From Rebecca billardiae RCC1528 (Eukaryota > Protista > Haptophyta), in NCBI GenBank assembly GCA_965240325.2, contig OZ251224.1, positions 4,154,001 to 4,218,000 on the forward strand: 64,000 nt of DNA. Reading direction: 5' to 3'. Positions 34,062 to 45,988 of the stretch are shown here, in pieces. Within the stretch, counting starts at the first letter, position 1. Every line of letters starts with the position of its first letter. Made by a program: the position numbers and the translations under genes. The notes under the pieces are model-generated. The model saw only the letters and a list, made by a program, of their open reading frames with translations, was not told the DNA's origin and made no database searches.

Positions 34062-36759
34062 ATCATATATATATATATATTAATTATCAAAGTTTGGTTT
34101 GCTGACAATTCGGATCGCAGATTCACCGGCGAGCCAGTGTCCGAGCAAGCGGGTTGGCCGGCGGGCGCCTTGCGGCGGCCCGCCCTTGCGGCGCTCGCTG
34201 GTTGTAGTCGATGTCGCCGTCCTGCGTCCACGGCCGCCGGCCGGCAACCTTACGCACGATGTGCGGCATATAATGCGTACTCCCTGCCATCTCCTCGAGT
34301 TTGTCGCACTACGGATACAGCGCGTGAGCTGCCATCACATCGGCCACAAGGCTGCATGTCACTATGGCATGTGTGCACACGCGCACCCGCACGCCGCGCG
34401 CATAAGACGTGGGGTCAGATCTGGCCAGACGCTGGCCAGACGCAACCGACGAGTGGTCGCGCGCGCGCACCCCTGACACGACCGTCACCTCGGCGGACCC
34501 CCACTCATGGGGTATCATTGGAAATTAAGCCAAGAGCGTGAGACTCAATCTAATTCCGACGAAACACGCGCCGTTGGCTGATCTGTGCGGCCATCAGTAG
34601 AACGCCCAGTTTAGCATGTTCTTATGATAAAAATTTACTTTTTACACGGAGGTAGTATGGGCGGGGGCGACGCCAAGCCGCCCAAGCAGGCTCGCACCGC
34701 ACCGCGCCCCCCGGTGCAGCCCCCCGTGATCCGGCTGCTGCCGCGCCTTCGTCGCTGGCGTAGAGCCGCGCGCGGCGCTGGCGCGCCAGACGCGCCCGGT
34801 CGGGCAGCGCAGGCGTCCATCCTCAGCGGCAAGGGCGACTACTTCCTCAACGGCAAGAGCGACTACGACTTCCTCAACGGCAATGGCGACGACTCCGCCT
34901 CAACTCGGCAAGACCAAGACCGCGCACACCGGCCAGGGCGACCACATTTGCTATATATATTTGCACTGTACGCCTACGGCATCAAGATCAAATTGCCAGC
35001 CACTGCATCTGCGGGCGTGGCGACCGACTGTTTTTAATTAATTTTTATGGTATATTTAGTTTTTGCTACGGCGTATTTTTACCTGTCACATCGAAAATCG
35101 CGAATGAATATTGAATAAGCAAGATGCAGCAGCCAGGGTACCTACTATCGTAGTATAAGTATATATATATATTAATTATAAAGAATAAAGTGCACTGCAT
35201 GCCATCAATCCATCATGGTCATGGTGACATACAGCGCTGATTCACTGCTGATGCCGTCGTGCGCATGAGTTCAGAGTTGATTACGATGCGACTGCTGTTA
35301 GTGACAGACTACACTTATCTCGCGTATATATATCATCATGGCCCGCGGTGCAGGGCGGAACGCGCAGTGGCGTGGAGCCCGCGACGCGGGCACTAACCAC
35401 GTTTCAAAAAGATCTTTGATCAAAGAAAAAAGGGACGGGGCGCCCGGGGGCGGTGTTTTCCAGAGTGGAGGAGGAGACCGAGTTTCGATTTTTTGAGACC
35501 TCCTTACACATGGATTAGCTTCGAAAAAGGACGCGTCCGCCGTCTTGAATAGTGAACAGAGGAATCAACGATTCAACCCACGCCCAAGTGTGCCAGGCTG
35601 GGTAATTGTGGGTAGACTCTCGTTAATGTAGTGTGACCATAGTAAAATAATATGGCCTCGCCGCCGCAAGATGCCAAGAACGACCGTTGACATAATCGTC
35701 CAACCAACTCCAATTAGTGCGAGACATTGAAAAATACCCGCCGCAGCTATCCGTATCTATAGTCGGCCCCGCTGGCGGCCGCGATAGTGGTGAATCCGGG
35801 AGACGCGGCGTCGCGAAGGCGCCCCCCGCGCCCCTCGCCGAGCCGACCCCCGCCGCCCGGGGGTGGGCTGCTGGGCGCACGAGCGCGAGCTGGCCACCGG
35901 CGTGAAGCCGAGGTGGAGCCAACTCGTCCTTTAGCTCGCAGGCGGCCCGGCTCCTGCGGCCGACCGCCCTGCTCGCGCATCCGCCTGCCTGCTTTCTTTG
36001 GCGCGGAGGCAAAACCGTACGGCCTAGCCCGCCGCCGCCACGCGGCGGCCAGTCGGGGTGTCGTGTCGCGATTTGCGGGTGCGCGCCTCGCGGGGCAGGT
36101 GGCACTGTCCCGCCCGAGCGGTTCCGACCCCCGAAATTCCCTCGCAAGCGCCCGCGAACGCGGATCCTCGCAGCGGGCTCGCCGGGGCCCATGTGCGTCA
36201 CCCGGGTGCCCCTGTCGAGCCAGTCTGGTGCGAGCACCGAAGGATGGTGCGGGCCGGGAGGCGTGGTGCGCGACGCCACCGAGGCCGCGGGCCAGCTAGG
36301 CACCGCTTGCGCGCCCACCAGTAGCCTGTGGGCCGACCACGCGTTCAACCGTGGCACCCGATGGCAGTCAGTAGTCACACGGTGCTCTGCGGCTGGAGCG
36401 CGCTGTGCGCTCAGACGCGAGCGGCCGCCAAGTTGCCGGGTAGACGCCGTGCGCACGCTCTGGCAGCTGCGGATCAGCATCCTGCGAAGCTCTGCTGCCC
36501 CCACCTGAATGCTCGCACCACCCACCACACGGCCAGCCGGCCGCGCGCGCCGCGCGGCCACCTTACACCCGACGACTGCGAGCCTTGGGAATGGGATACT
36601 GCGCGTAGTATATTGTGTGCTCAACGTGGGTGACACAGCTGCGCTGCGGGCCCCCAACTACGTTGGTTCTGACGGAAGAGGACCGCGGAACGCGGTCATC
36701 ATCATCATCAGCGTCACTGACGAGACTCGATCTTCGTATGCCCAGCAATGGCCGGAGCC

Positions 36760-38349
36760 CTAAGCAGGTCCGCTGGCAGGTGGGAAGCTGTGAGGCTGAC
36801 AAGTGGCACTGTCAAGTGCAGCAGCAAGCTCTGCAATCGGCACTGGGGTGAACATCGTCGCCGACGATGGTGCCGATGGCGATACCACCATGCTGGCTGG
36901 CCTGCGCTGATGTAGTAGGTGATGTAGTGCGCCATCAAGTAGTGGTGACTCCCACCAGCCAGTAACAAAGCTGTGCATAGCAGCGGCTGTGATGCCGGGT
37001 GCTCCAGTGGAGCTTTGAGATTGTTCCCTTTGCACAGCCTGCTGTGTCCTTGGGCCAGCTGCTGTGCGTGCAAGGTATGAGGCGATGTCCCTGCATTCCA
37101 ACCAGGGCCTGCCCTTTAAAACCACAGGCACACCATCCAGATGACCTCCACTAATAGGTTGCTTACCAGGTGCCCTGCCTTTTCTGCTGAGCGCAGATTT
37201 CTTGTATGCTGCCTCGCGCAGCTGCTGGACGCGATTGGCCACGTGTAGCGCACGCTGCAGAGTGCTCTGCTTCGCTGCCAGTGCATCCTTGCAGCTCGTG
37301 TTTGTGCCAGCATGGTGTGTGCACACCGCCTGCACGTGGTCTGGATTGTAGTATACTGCCAGGATGTCGTGCGCTGACCACCCGGCAAGATACTCGTTGT
37401 GGTTCTGCAATGGGTGTAGTGTGCAGCGTGCGCCGCGTGCGCGCAGGTGCTCGTAGAAAGCCCTGCTGTACCGCACAGCCTGAGCCCAGTCCAGGTGGTA
37501 GCACGACGTGTCCAAGGCATGAGCAAACCTCTCATAACCATAATGTGTGACCTGCTCCTCGCATGGACTCGTTGGCTTCCAGCAGGCACTGGCAGTGGAG
37601 ATGTTGTCCACACTGGTGGTGCGCAGGCCAGGGCTACTTTGCACGTCGCTCACGTTGTCTCGTTCTTGAATCCCAAACGCCCTGGAGAAGCTTGCCAGCC
37701 GTGAGTAGTCCTCAGGAGGGCAAAGTTGGTTTACCTCCTTGATTAATTGAGTCGTTAAGCGCTCGTAGCGCAGTCGGGCGTATGTGCCTGGGCCCATAGT
37801 GCTGGCTTGGCACAGCACTAGCGGCGGAATGCAGGGCGGGCCTCGTCCGGTGAGACAACGGCGATGACTCAGCGGCAGGGCATACGCGTCATGAGGCCAG
37901 GCAGGGCCTTTGATGACTGCATCTGCGTCTACCAAGAGCCCAACACCATCAGTACCCGCTTTGGTGTACGCACACTGCGGCAGGTCAATGTGCAGGTAGC
38001 TCACCGAGAGGTTGGCCGAGGGCGAGTCCAGCTGGACGTCCAGGCACTCGTTGCTTCGGATGGGGTCGGGAGCGGGTCCTATTCCGGGATGAGGCGTTCG
38101 CTTGCCGCACGCTTCGATGGCGTGTGAAACGAGGCCTGTCGTCGCCAGGCGCTGCTCGATGGCGCTGGCGGCTGCCTCCGACGCAGCGGCGAGGCGCCTC
38201 GCGCACTCAGCCCCTGCCTCGCCGTCCATCGCACTGGCAGCGTCGCAAGGGCGATGAGCGGTGATCCATCCGAGCAGGATAGCTGTGGCTGTCGCCCTTG
38301 CACCCGTTGCCCCCATCTTCCGATGCGGACTTGGTGCGCGCATGCGCAT
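36760..38349 (-). CDS. Hypothetical Cys-rich, possibly secreted protein of lower GC content
   Basis: 529-aa uninterrupted ORF in visibly less GC-rich DNA, so a chance ORF is unlikely. Hydrophobic N-terminal stretch ATATAILLGWITA (alternative ATG 38316). C-terminal end uncertain. Confidence 0.65.
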   Translation of the reverse strand: MRMRAPSPHRKMGATGARATATAILLGWITAHRPCDAASAMDGEAGAECARRLAAASEAAASAIEQRLATTGLVSHAIEACGKRTPHPGIGPAPDPIRSNECLDVQLDSPSANLSVSYLHIDLPQCAYTKAGTDGVGLLVDADAVIKGPAWPHDAYALPLSHRRCLTGRGPPCIPPLVLCQASTMGPGTYARLRYERLTTQLIKEVNQLCPPEDYSRLASFSRAFGIQERDNVSDVQSSPGLRTTSVDNISTASACWKPTSPCEEQVTHYGYERFAHALDTSCYHLDWAQAVRYSRAFYEHLRARGARCTLHPLQNHNEYLAGWSAHDILAVYYNPDHVQAVCTHHAGTNTSCKDALAAKQSTLQRALHVANRVQQLREAAYKKSALSRKGRAPGKQPISGGHLDGVPVVLKGRPWLECRDIASYLARTAAGPRTQQAVQREQSQSSTGAPGITAAAMHSFVTGWWESPLLDGALHHLLHQRRPASMVVSPSAPSSATMFTPVPIAELAAALDSATCQPHSFPPASGPA

Positions 38350-38494
38350 GGGCCGCAGCGCTCCCGCACGCCCCCGGGGAACTCATTACGTTTTATGATG
38401 ATGGCGTCAATCACGCCTGAAATCATAGTAAACTGTACGAATCTCGACCGGCCGTTTTTGCTGGGGCTTTGGCCGCCATCGTCAGCGGCCCGCC

Positions 38495-39142
38495 ATGAAG
38501 GGGTCCGCCCGGCACGATGACCTCGCGGTGGCATTCCTGATCGACCTGGCCGGCATCGAGGCGCAGGGCGTGCGCATGCTCGGTAGCTCGACACCCAAGA
38601 GCGCGCTGCCCGCGCAGCCCGCCCTGAGCAGCGATACGCTGCACGGCGCAGAGCCGCGCCCGAGCGCCAGCGACAAATCGCACAGCGCAAGCGCTCTGCC
38701 TCGCCCTGCGGGCACGAGTACACGAACAGTACCCCCGTCGTCAACGCTGCTCCGCACGTCTGCCCCGCGACCGCGCTCGGCGTCGCTCGGCAGGCGCTCA
38801 GCGGCACATGCCTCGCAGGCCACCGCGCCACGCTCGAGCACCGCTGTCACTGCGCTCGCAGCTGAGAATGGCAGGCGGAGTGCACCAAAGAGGCGCACGC
38901 CACGAGCACCGCCGACGCAGCGAACGCCGCCCGAGCGCGACACGCCGGCGTTGTATGGGCACGAACAGAGCCCAGCCGCCGGTCCGCGCGCCGCGCCTGA
39001 TCCCGAGCCCGAGCTGGCCCCGGACAGGGCCGCTGGCCCGGGGAGCGGCTCGGACGCCATCGCCGACTTTGAGGAGTACGTGCAGGCCTCCATCCGCCTC
39101 GTCAACGCGCTGGTCGAGAGCGGCGTCAGGGGCGCCGACTGA
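38495..39142 (+). CDS. Hypothetical protein, divergent from the 36760-38349 gene
   Basis: ATG-started 215-aa ORF with helical ends (DDLAVAFLIDLAGIEAQG; AIADFEEYVQASIRLVNALVESG) and an S/P-rich linker. Confidence 0.5.
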   Translation: MKGSARHDDLAVAFLIDLAGIEAQGVRMLGSSTPKSALPAQPALSSDTLHGAEPRPSASDKSHSASALPRPAGTSTRTVPPSSTLLRTSAPRPRSASLGRRSAAHASQATAPRSSTAVTALAAENGRRSAPKRRTPRAPPTQRTPPERDTPALYGHEQSPAAGPRAAPDPEPELAPDRAAGPGSGSDAIADFEEYVQASIRLVNALVESGVRGAD

Positions 39143-39576
39143 TTGCAGTCCCCATGGTGGGGTGATGCACCGCAGGCTAGAGTCGCGCGTGGAGGCTCTA
39201 CGATCACATCGGTCCGGAATAACTCGAAGTCGAGTCCGAGGACGAGGTGCCGTGACCAACGGCGACCCGTGCCGTGGCGCGTTGGCGTCAAATAAATGGC
39301 GGAATCACTCGGCCGCCGCAGCCGCGCAGCGGAGCAGCGTGCTCCCTGGTGACACTACGTGCTGTGCTGCCGTCAATCTTGCAGCTCGATGGCGATGTGC
39401 GCTGAAGTGCTAGTGACTACTGCTGCATGTTTTGAATGTGACTGGGGCTGACAGCGCTGTCGCGGGTACCGACTACCGCCGTACCGGCCTAATCGGCATT
39501 GCAACAGTCGGCGCTATTAGACAGTAGCGATGATGACGACGACGATGGCGGTTGATGACTATTCACGACGTCGACG

Positions 39577-41115
39577 ATGACATTACGAGTGGCACTCGTC
39601 GCCCTCCTGGCCCTGGTGGGCGGTTTGCACGCGGCGCCGCCCGACGTGCGCGAGCTCGTGGCTGCGTGGCCACCGCCCTGCCCGCCCTTCGACGCGGACG
39701 ACGACTCGTGGAGCGCGCGCGAGCTGATTGCGTGCGCGGAGGATCGGCGCCGTCGGCTCCCGCGTGTGCCCTTCTTTGTCTACGACGGGGAGTGGATGCC
39801 ACCGAAGCACTCGGCGGCGGAGGAGCTGCGTCGCGCCGAGCGCTGCGTCGCCAGCGTGCGCACAGGCGACCAGTTCACCGCCGACGTCCACTTCCTCCGC
39901 CAGCTGCTCACGCACCCGTGGCGCGTGCGCGAGCCAGAGCGCGCGCTGCTGCTCGTGCCGCCGCTCTTCCTCTCGACGGCGCAGAGCGGCGAGTGCAAGT
40001 CGTACGCACAGCGCCAGGCGCGGCTGGTGCTCCGCCACGTCCTCGCCTCGCCGCTCTTCGCCGCGCGCCGCGCCGACCACCTCTTTGTCGCGCCGCACTG
40101 GCGGCACCTGCACTCGCCCGTGCTGCGCCCGCCGGCCGGCTCGGTTTGGGGCTGGTACATGGCCCCGCGCGGCCGCGCGCTGCGGCCGCGCGGGAACACG
40201 TCGCAGTACACGATGGTGGCCGTGCCCGTCGTGCTCCCCGACCCGCTCATCCCCGCGCGCGTCGCCCGCCACGCCGCCCGCCCGCTCGCCCTCTTGTTTG
40301 CCGGCGGCGCGTCGGAGCGGCCGGGAGGCTACGTCAGTGTGCGCAGGCCGCTCGCGCGCGCGCTTCAGTCGCCAGGTAGCGGCGCGCAGCCGGCGGGCGG
40401 CGCGGCGGGCGCGGCGTGGGGCGCGCTGCTGCGCACGGGTGGCGCGCTGCTCGTGATGAGCGGGATGGACGGGCTGCCCCGCTGCGCCAATACCACCGAC
40501 GACCTCCTCGCCGCCGCCATGGCCGCCGCTGCCCGCGCGCCGCCGGCCGCGCACGTGTGCGACGGCCGCGCGAGCGCGATGCAGCTCGGCCTCCGCGCGC
40601 GCTTCATGCTGTACCTGCGCGGGGACACGTCGCAGACACAGCGCTTCCAGGACTGCGCCGCGACGGGCGCGCTGCCCGTGCTCATCTCCGACGGCGCGTG
40701 GGCCGAGAGCGTCCCGTTCCAGCCGGCCGTGCCGTACCGGCAGTTCAGCCTGAGCCTGCCGGAGGCGGAGGCGCTGGCCGATGCGCCGCGCGCGCTCGGC
40801 GCGCTGCTGGCGCGCACGCACGAGCGCAGGGCGGCGCGCATGCGCGAGCTGCTGCTCCACTTCAGGCGCGACCTGCTCTGGGACTACCGCGCCGACGCGG
40901 GCGGGGCCGGCGGCGCGGCAGGCCCAGCCAGCCGCGTCGCTGAGAACGTGCTGCTCCGCGCAGCGCTCGCACTCGGCGAGCGCGCAGCCGCGCGCGACGC
41001 GGCAGCGCATGCGGCGGCCGCAGGGCCGCGAGGCGCGGGCGCCGCGCAGGCGCCGCGCGCTGGCGCAGTGCGGCGCAGCTGCTGCTCATGGTTCGGGCTG
41101 GACCTGCAAGGCTGA
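39577..41115 (+). CDS. Exostosin-family (GT47) glycosyltransferase
   Basis: Signal peptide; PFFVYD, FLRQLLTHPWRVREPERALLLVPP, DHLFV, LLFAGG, ARFMLYLRGDTSQTQRFQDCAATGALPVLISD, VPFQPAVPYRQFSL. Confidence 0.88.
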   Translation: MTLRVALVALLALVGGLHAAPPDVRELVAAWPPPCPPFDADDDSWSARELIACAEDRRRRLPRVPFFVYDGEWMPPKHSAAEELRRAERCVASVRTGDQFTADVHFLRQLLTHPWRVREPERALLLVPPLFLSTAQSGECKSYAQRQARLVLRHVLASPLFAARRADHLFVAPHWRHLHSPVLRPPAGSVWGWYMAPRGRALRPRGNTSQYTMVAVPVVLPDPLIPARVARHAARPLALLFAGGASERPGGYVSVRRPLARALQSPGSGAQPAGGAAGAAWGALLRTGGALLVMSGMDGLPRCANTTDDLLAAAMAAAARAPPAAHVCDGRASAMQLGLRARFMLYLRGDTSQTQRFQDCAATGALPVLISDGAWAESVPFQPAVPYRQFSLSLPEAEALADAPRALGALLARTHERRAARMRELLLHFRRDLLWDYRADAGGAGGAAGPASRVAENVLLRAALALGERAAARDAAAHAAAAGPRGAGAAQAPRAGAVRRSCCSWFGLDLQG

Positions 41116-41576
41116 TACACGCCCGTGCCGCAACGCGCAGGTGAGTCACAGAGTCAGGTGCTGATCACTACTGACGGCTTCATGGGCGTTGACAGTTGGC
41201 GGGCGTCAATCTCGCCTGCCTGAGCTGTGTGCGTCTCTTATTCTTATAGTAAACTGTAGTTACTGCTGTTAGTGTTACTAGCTTAGTAGATGCAGCCGCC
41301 CGGGCCCACTCAGTAGTAGTAGCCAGCTGACGTAGCCAGACTGTCGTCAGCGTGTTATTACTACCACTACTAGCTACTACTAGTGAGTATAAGCAGTACT
41401 CAAATAACTGGCAGTAGCTACTGTCGTGTGATCCTATGTCGCGCATTCGTCATCACTCATCAGGACTCGGCTCGGCGTCAGCAGGCTCAATCGCGATCCC
41501 GGATGCGCAGCGCTGATGGCACCACCGCCGCCCGCACTGGAGCCTGGAACCACGCTCGACGCGACTACTCGCAAGG

Positions 41577-42833
41577 TCACCCGGCACTCCGGCGCGAGGG
41601 CCGCGGACCATCCTGTGCGGGCTGGGGCGGCATGCTGTGCGAGCGGAAGAAGGCGAGGACGAGCTGCGTGCCGTTCCACGGCTCCGGCATCAGCGCGCCC
41701 ACCTTCCGGCCGCCTCCGTGCGTCGAGCCCGGCCAGGTGTGGCCAGCGCCCTCGACTGTGTACGACATGACGTCTGCGCCGTCCGCGCACCGCGTGTGCT
41801 GGTCGACGTGGACGGTGCCACCGTCGGCTCGGCCGCCGGGGGCGCCACCGCATCCAGCCCCCGGCGCGCCGCCCTGGGCGCTCACCTCGGCGCAGCCGTT
41901 CGACTTGGCCCAATCCAGTATCGCCGACGGCACGCCCGTGCCCCAGTATGCCGCACCGCCCCCGCCGTACGGGTTGATCGGGTCGTCGCAACCGTGGAAG
42001 CTGAGGACAGGGACGGCGCGCGCGCTGGTGCGGGGCCGCGGGAAGCGCACACCGCCCACGGCGGCGATGGCGGCGATCGTGGCGGGCAGCCGGTCGGCGA
42101 GCATCGAGCAGAAGCGCGCGCCGCGCGAGTGGCCCGCGCAGTACACGCGGCGCGGCTCGACCGCCGGCCGCACAAGCCGCCGCGCGGCGCGCACCACCGC
42201 GCGCGCGTACGCGACGTCGTCCGGCCCGTGCGCGCCGGGCTGCGCGTCCTTGCCCACGTTGAGCGATGCGTGCACGCCGGCGAGGGCGGCGACGGCGACG
42301 CGCTCCGCGCGCGCGAGCTCGGCGAGGCGCGTCATCTCGAGCATCGACTCGGGTGATCTGCCCGTAGAAGGCGCCAGCAGCACGAGTGCCATCGGTGCCT
42401 TCGAGGTGGAGGCGGGGATCACCAGGACGAAGCGCCGCTGCCCGAGCAGCTGCGCGCGCCAGCCGTCCAGCACGCCAGGCGCGCCGCAGCCGTCCGCGTG
42501 CGCTCGCCGGGCGTCGCCGATCCACTCGCCGTGCTCCTGGTCGACGGTACCGAAGCAGCTGTATGTCCCCGCTGCAAGCGGCTGCGAGTGACGGCGCCTG
42601 TGCTCGTCGTCGACGGGCGGCCGACCGACAACGTGCCTCGCGAGCGCGGCAGCGAGCGCAACCGGCAGCAGCATCAGCAGCGCGCAGACGGCTGCCCGCG
42701 ATGAGCAGCGACGACGAAGTAGCGACTTTCTGCCCTCATCGGTGCCGGGCCGCACGCGTGCGGGAGGGGCATCCGCCTCCGCCACTGCCGGGAGCTCCAC
42801 GAGCTCGGCGCCGGCCCCAGGAGATGGCGCCAT
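41577..42833 (-). CDS. LpqC / PHB-depolymerase-like alpha/beta-hydrolase with N-terminal membrane anchor
   Basis: DDVAYARAVV, RVYCAGHSRGARF (G-x-S-x-G), IAAIAAVGG, PVLSFHGCDDPINPYGGG, WAKSNGC, YTVEGAGHTWPG; TM segment AVCALLMLLPVALAAAL. Confidence 0.85.
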   Translation of the reverse strand: MAPSPGAGAELVELPAVAEADAPPARVRPGTDEGRKSLLRRRCSSRAAVCALLMLLPVALAAALARHVVGRPPVDDEHRRRHSQPLAAGTYSCFGTVDQEHGEWIGDARRAHADGCGAPGVLDGWRAQLLGQRRFVLVIPASTSKAPMALVLLAPSTGRSPESMLEMTRLAELARAERVAVAALAGVHASLNVGKDAQPGAHGPDDVAYARAVVRAARRLVRPAVEPRRVYCAGHSRGARFCSMLADRLPATIAAIAAVGGVRFPRPRTSARAVPVLSFHGCDDPINPYGGGGAAYWGTGVPSAILDWAKSNGCAEVSAQGGAPGAGCGGAPGGRADGGTVHVDQHTRCADGADVMSYTVEGAGHTWPGSTHGGGRKVGALMPEPWNGTQLVLAFFRSHSMPPQPAQDGPRPSRRSAG

Positions 42834-44431
42834 CGTGCTGCAAGGCCGGTCAATTGTGCCAGAGCAGAAACCACTGGGCGCAGGAATTTCGGGTGGGGAT
42901 TTTCTTTTCCGAATATGTTGGTGATGCCGTCAGAGCACCACCAACCTCTGCCGCTGGCGGCTGCGCTGACAGCGCGCTGGGCGGCGCTGGAGGGGCGAGA
43001 TGGGCGCCGACTGCGCGCCCTCCTGCGGTAGTTGCGTGCCCGCGAAGGCGGTGCGCGTGGTTGAGCGCGGCTGAAGAGCAGCCATTTGCGTCGTTCCACC
43101 GCTCGCCGTTCGGAATCACTGCATCCGCCGCGCCTCAGGCCATCGCGTGCGCCGCACCAACAAGGAAGTTGTGTGCATTCCTCGGCTGACTGCACGCGTG
43201 CCGCGAGCAGCGGCGTCGGCGTCCGGCACTTGGTTGCACTGGGCAATGTCCAGGTAGTTTATGCACGCGGCATCGCTCGTCACAGTACGCTGCCTGGCAT
43301 ACGCATCTGCACGGGTCACACAGCCGTCAAAACTCAAAAGGCATGATCGAGCATCACGCAGCGGTTGGCATCGACCTACGGCGAGGGTCGTGTGAGCATG
43401 CAAAGCACTGACATGCGCCCTTCTGGATAGTGATGTAGTGAGCACATTCCCGCGTGAAAGGAGCGCGCGCCATTCAGGCACCGGAAGCGGCGTCGGGGCT
43501 GGATGCTCACGTCTTAGGCAGGCTGATGCTGCCTTCCGGCTGCACGGGTGCGTCTATCAAGGCTGACCGTGTGTGCACGATGCGCACCGTCAAGTTCGAC
43601 ACGAACGTCCAGACGTGAGCTACTGCTGGACAAGGTAGTATACACACATTCATACACGCGCCGTGTCATCCGAGGAGGCACATACACGCAGGCCATCATG
43701 GGCCTCGTTCAGGTATATTCTGCATCAGCACGCATGCATGCACGTACTAGCTCGGGCCAAGATTGACGTCGGAGCACGAGTCAGGGAGTTCAATGCCGGG
43801 GCAGAGCTGGACAGCGGTCACGTGTGTGGCCACTCCGCGCGAGCGCACATGCTCCGCGTCACCGCATATCAGCATGGCGTGCGCTGCAACGTCATCGTCG
43901 GGCCAGAGCGCTTGTTCGACCAATCGGCTCGTATGAATGATGCAATCAGCACACCTGAACGCAACTGTTCGGACCCGCGCTCATGCGCGGCGGCGCAAGG
44001 TAGCGCAGTGCGTACAGCGTAGGCCTCGCCGCGCGGAAGCGCATGCTCCGTGTGTGTCTCGCCTCGCATGGCGCACGCGGGCGAGGCTGGCCGTGTGGCG
44101 GTGTGCACAGACAAGTGCTGGCCCGAGGCAAGTACAGCCGAATGCGATGCGCGGCGCGAAGCGGCGAATGGCACTTCAGCACGACTGCCCAGCCTAGCTC
44201 GCCGGCTCTGCGCTCGCGGGATCGTCCACACGCACGGGAGCGCGGCGCCGTCGCCCGCTCGCCCGAGACGCGCGCGTCCGCCGCGCAGCGCGCGGCTGAA
44301 TAAATGCAAGGCGGAAATAAAAAGCGCGCCGATTTTCTGATTTCTCCGACCCTGGGTGCCGTGTCCCCAACTGGGCTCAAAGGCCGATCAGGCGATCAGC
44401 CATCACCGATGCGAATTGCGAGTTGAACACG

Positions 44432-45988
44432 ATGGCGGCGGCTGACGACCGATCCCAGCGCCTCGGGCTTGTCGTGTGCCGCGGCGAGGCCTTCATCTCG
44501 GCGCGGGTCGTCCTCGCGGGCGCGATCACGGGTGACCTCACGCTCGGCCTCGTCAAGCAGACGGTGTACATGCTGCCCTTTGCGCTCGCCACCAACGCCC
44601 TGTGCGCGTCTGAGGAGGCGCTTGCGCTGGTCGCCGACTCGGGCGACATTGGCGCGTACGTCGAACCGCTCGCGCTGCGCGTGCTGGTGATCGTCGTGCT
44701 CACGATCGTCGCGCTGATCCTCACCCGCATCGCGTTGCGCCTGCTGCGCCATCGCCTCGAGGAGGCCGAGGCGCTGCCGCCGGCCGCTCGCGCGCGCGCG
44801 CACCGCTCGCTCGTGCTGGTCGGAGCGCGCACGCTCATCGCGCTCGCGGGGCTCGGGCTGCTGTACGTGTTCGTGCTCGAGCCGTGGTTGTCGACGATCG
44901 GGCTGTACATCGTGCGCGCGCTCCTCGCGCTCCGCCGCAGGCCGGGCCTGCTGCTCGCGCTCACCGCCGCCATCCAGCCGCTCAACTTTCTCGTGCCGAT
45001 GGGCGGCAGCACCGCGTCCAAGCTCGTGCTCGCCTGCCTGCTCGGCGGCGTGGTGCAGCCGGTGCTGGCGCGCTCGTTCGTCGCGAGCGCGTGGCTCGCG
45101 CTCGCCAAGGCCGCGGGCTACCTCATCGTGCTGCCCGCGTACTCGTGCGTCCACCTGCCCGTCGCGCGCGCGCTCGCGAGCGCACCGGGCGCGCTGGGCG
45201 ACTTGCTGCGGCCGTTGGAGGTTTGGCTGGCGGTCGTGCACGCCTTCCTGCTCGGGCCGGCGGCGGGCGGCGCGGCGGACGGCGGGGACGTCGCGCCGCG
45301 GGCGCTCAAGGAGCCCGAGCCCTCCGCGTGGGACGATGCTGTGTGGGTGTGCCGCCACGTCGCCGAGGGCGTCTGCGTCGGCAGCGCGCGCGCGCGCGCG
45401 CCCGCCGCGAGCGCGCCGGCGGGCGCGCCGGGTGCTGGCGCGCCGGCGCACGCGGAGGGCACGCCGGCGGGCGCCCGCGCCGACGCCGAGGCGGGCCACG
45501 CCGCCGGCATGGGCGGCCAGGCACGGCCCGCTGCGCCCGCCTCCGCTCGTCGCTCCAGCCCGTGCGCCGTGCTCGGCCGCGCGGCGGGCGGCGCTCGGCG
45601 CGCAGCGGCGGCCGCGTGGTTCCGGCTGCTGTTTGCGTGTGCGGCCGTGTGCCGCCTCTCGCTGCGCACGGTGCTGCGCTTCTCGGAGGCGCAGTCGGCG
45701 CTCGGCACCAACGTGTTCTGGACGACGGTGATACCCGGCGCGGAGGACAAGCTCGTCGCGCTCGCGTGGGCCGCGTCGGTGCCGGCGGACGTGGCGGTCG
45801 ACTTTGCGCGCCGCTGGCACGGCGACGAGGCCGCCGCTCGGCTGCAGCACGAGCTCGATGCGGGCATTTCACAGGCGCGCGCTGCGGACGGCCGGCCGGG
45901 ACGGTGCGCGCCGCCCACTGTGCCGGCGAGCTGCGTGCGCGTGTGCTCGTGCTCGCTGCGCTCGGGATGCGCGGCGGCGCAATTCTGA
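44432..45988 (+). CDS. Hypothetical multi-pass membrane protein (3' end uncertain)
   Basis: Several 18-22-aa hydrophobic segments (VLVIVVLTIVALIL; LIALAGLGLLYVFVL; LVLACLLGGVV); codon style like the neighbouring genes; ATG at 44432. Confidence 0.6.
   Translation: MAAADDRSQRLGLVVCRGEAFISARVVLAGAITGDLTLGLVKQTVYMLPFALATNALCASEEALALVADSGDIGAYVEPLALRVLVIVVLTIVALILTRIALRLLRHRLEEAEALPPAARARAHRSLVLVGARTLIALAGLGLLYVFVLEPWLSTIGLYIVRALLALRRRPGLLLALTAAIQPLNFLVPMGGSTASKLVLACLLGGVVQPVLARSFVASAWLALAKAAGYLIVLPAYSCVHLPVARALASAPGALGDLLRPLEVWLAVVHAFLLGPAAGGAADGGDVAPRALKEPEPSAWDDAVWVCRHVAEGVCVGSARARAPAASAPAGAPGAGAPAHAEGTPAGARADAEAGHAAGMGGQARPAAPASARRSSPCAVLGRAAGGARRAAAAAWFRLLFACAAVCRLSLRTVLRFSEAQSALGTNVFWTTVIPGAEDKLVALAWAASVPADVAVDFARRWHGDEAAARLQHELDAGISQARAADGRPGRCAPPTVPASCVRVCSCSLRSGCAAAQF

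Noticed and set aside
43400-44000. Possible decayed gene on the minus strand (ASSDDTARV, WD40-like)
   Set aside because: Single short motif with stops nearby; not enough to call.
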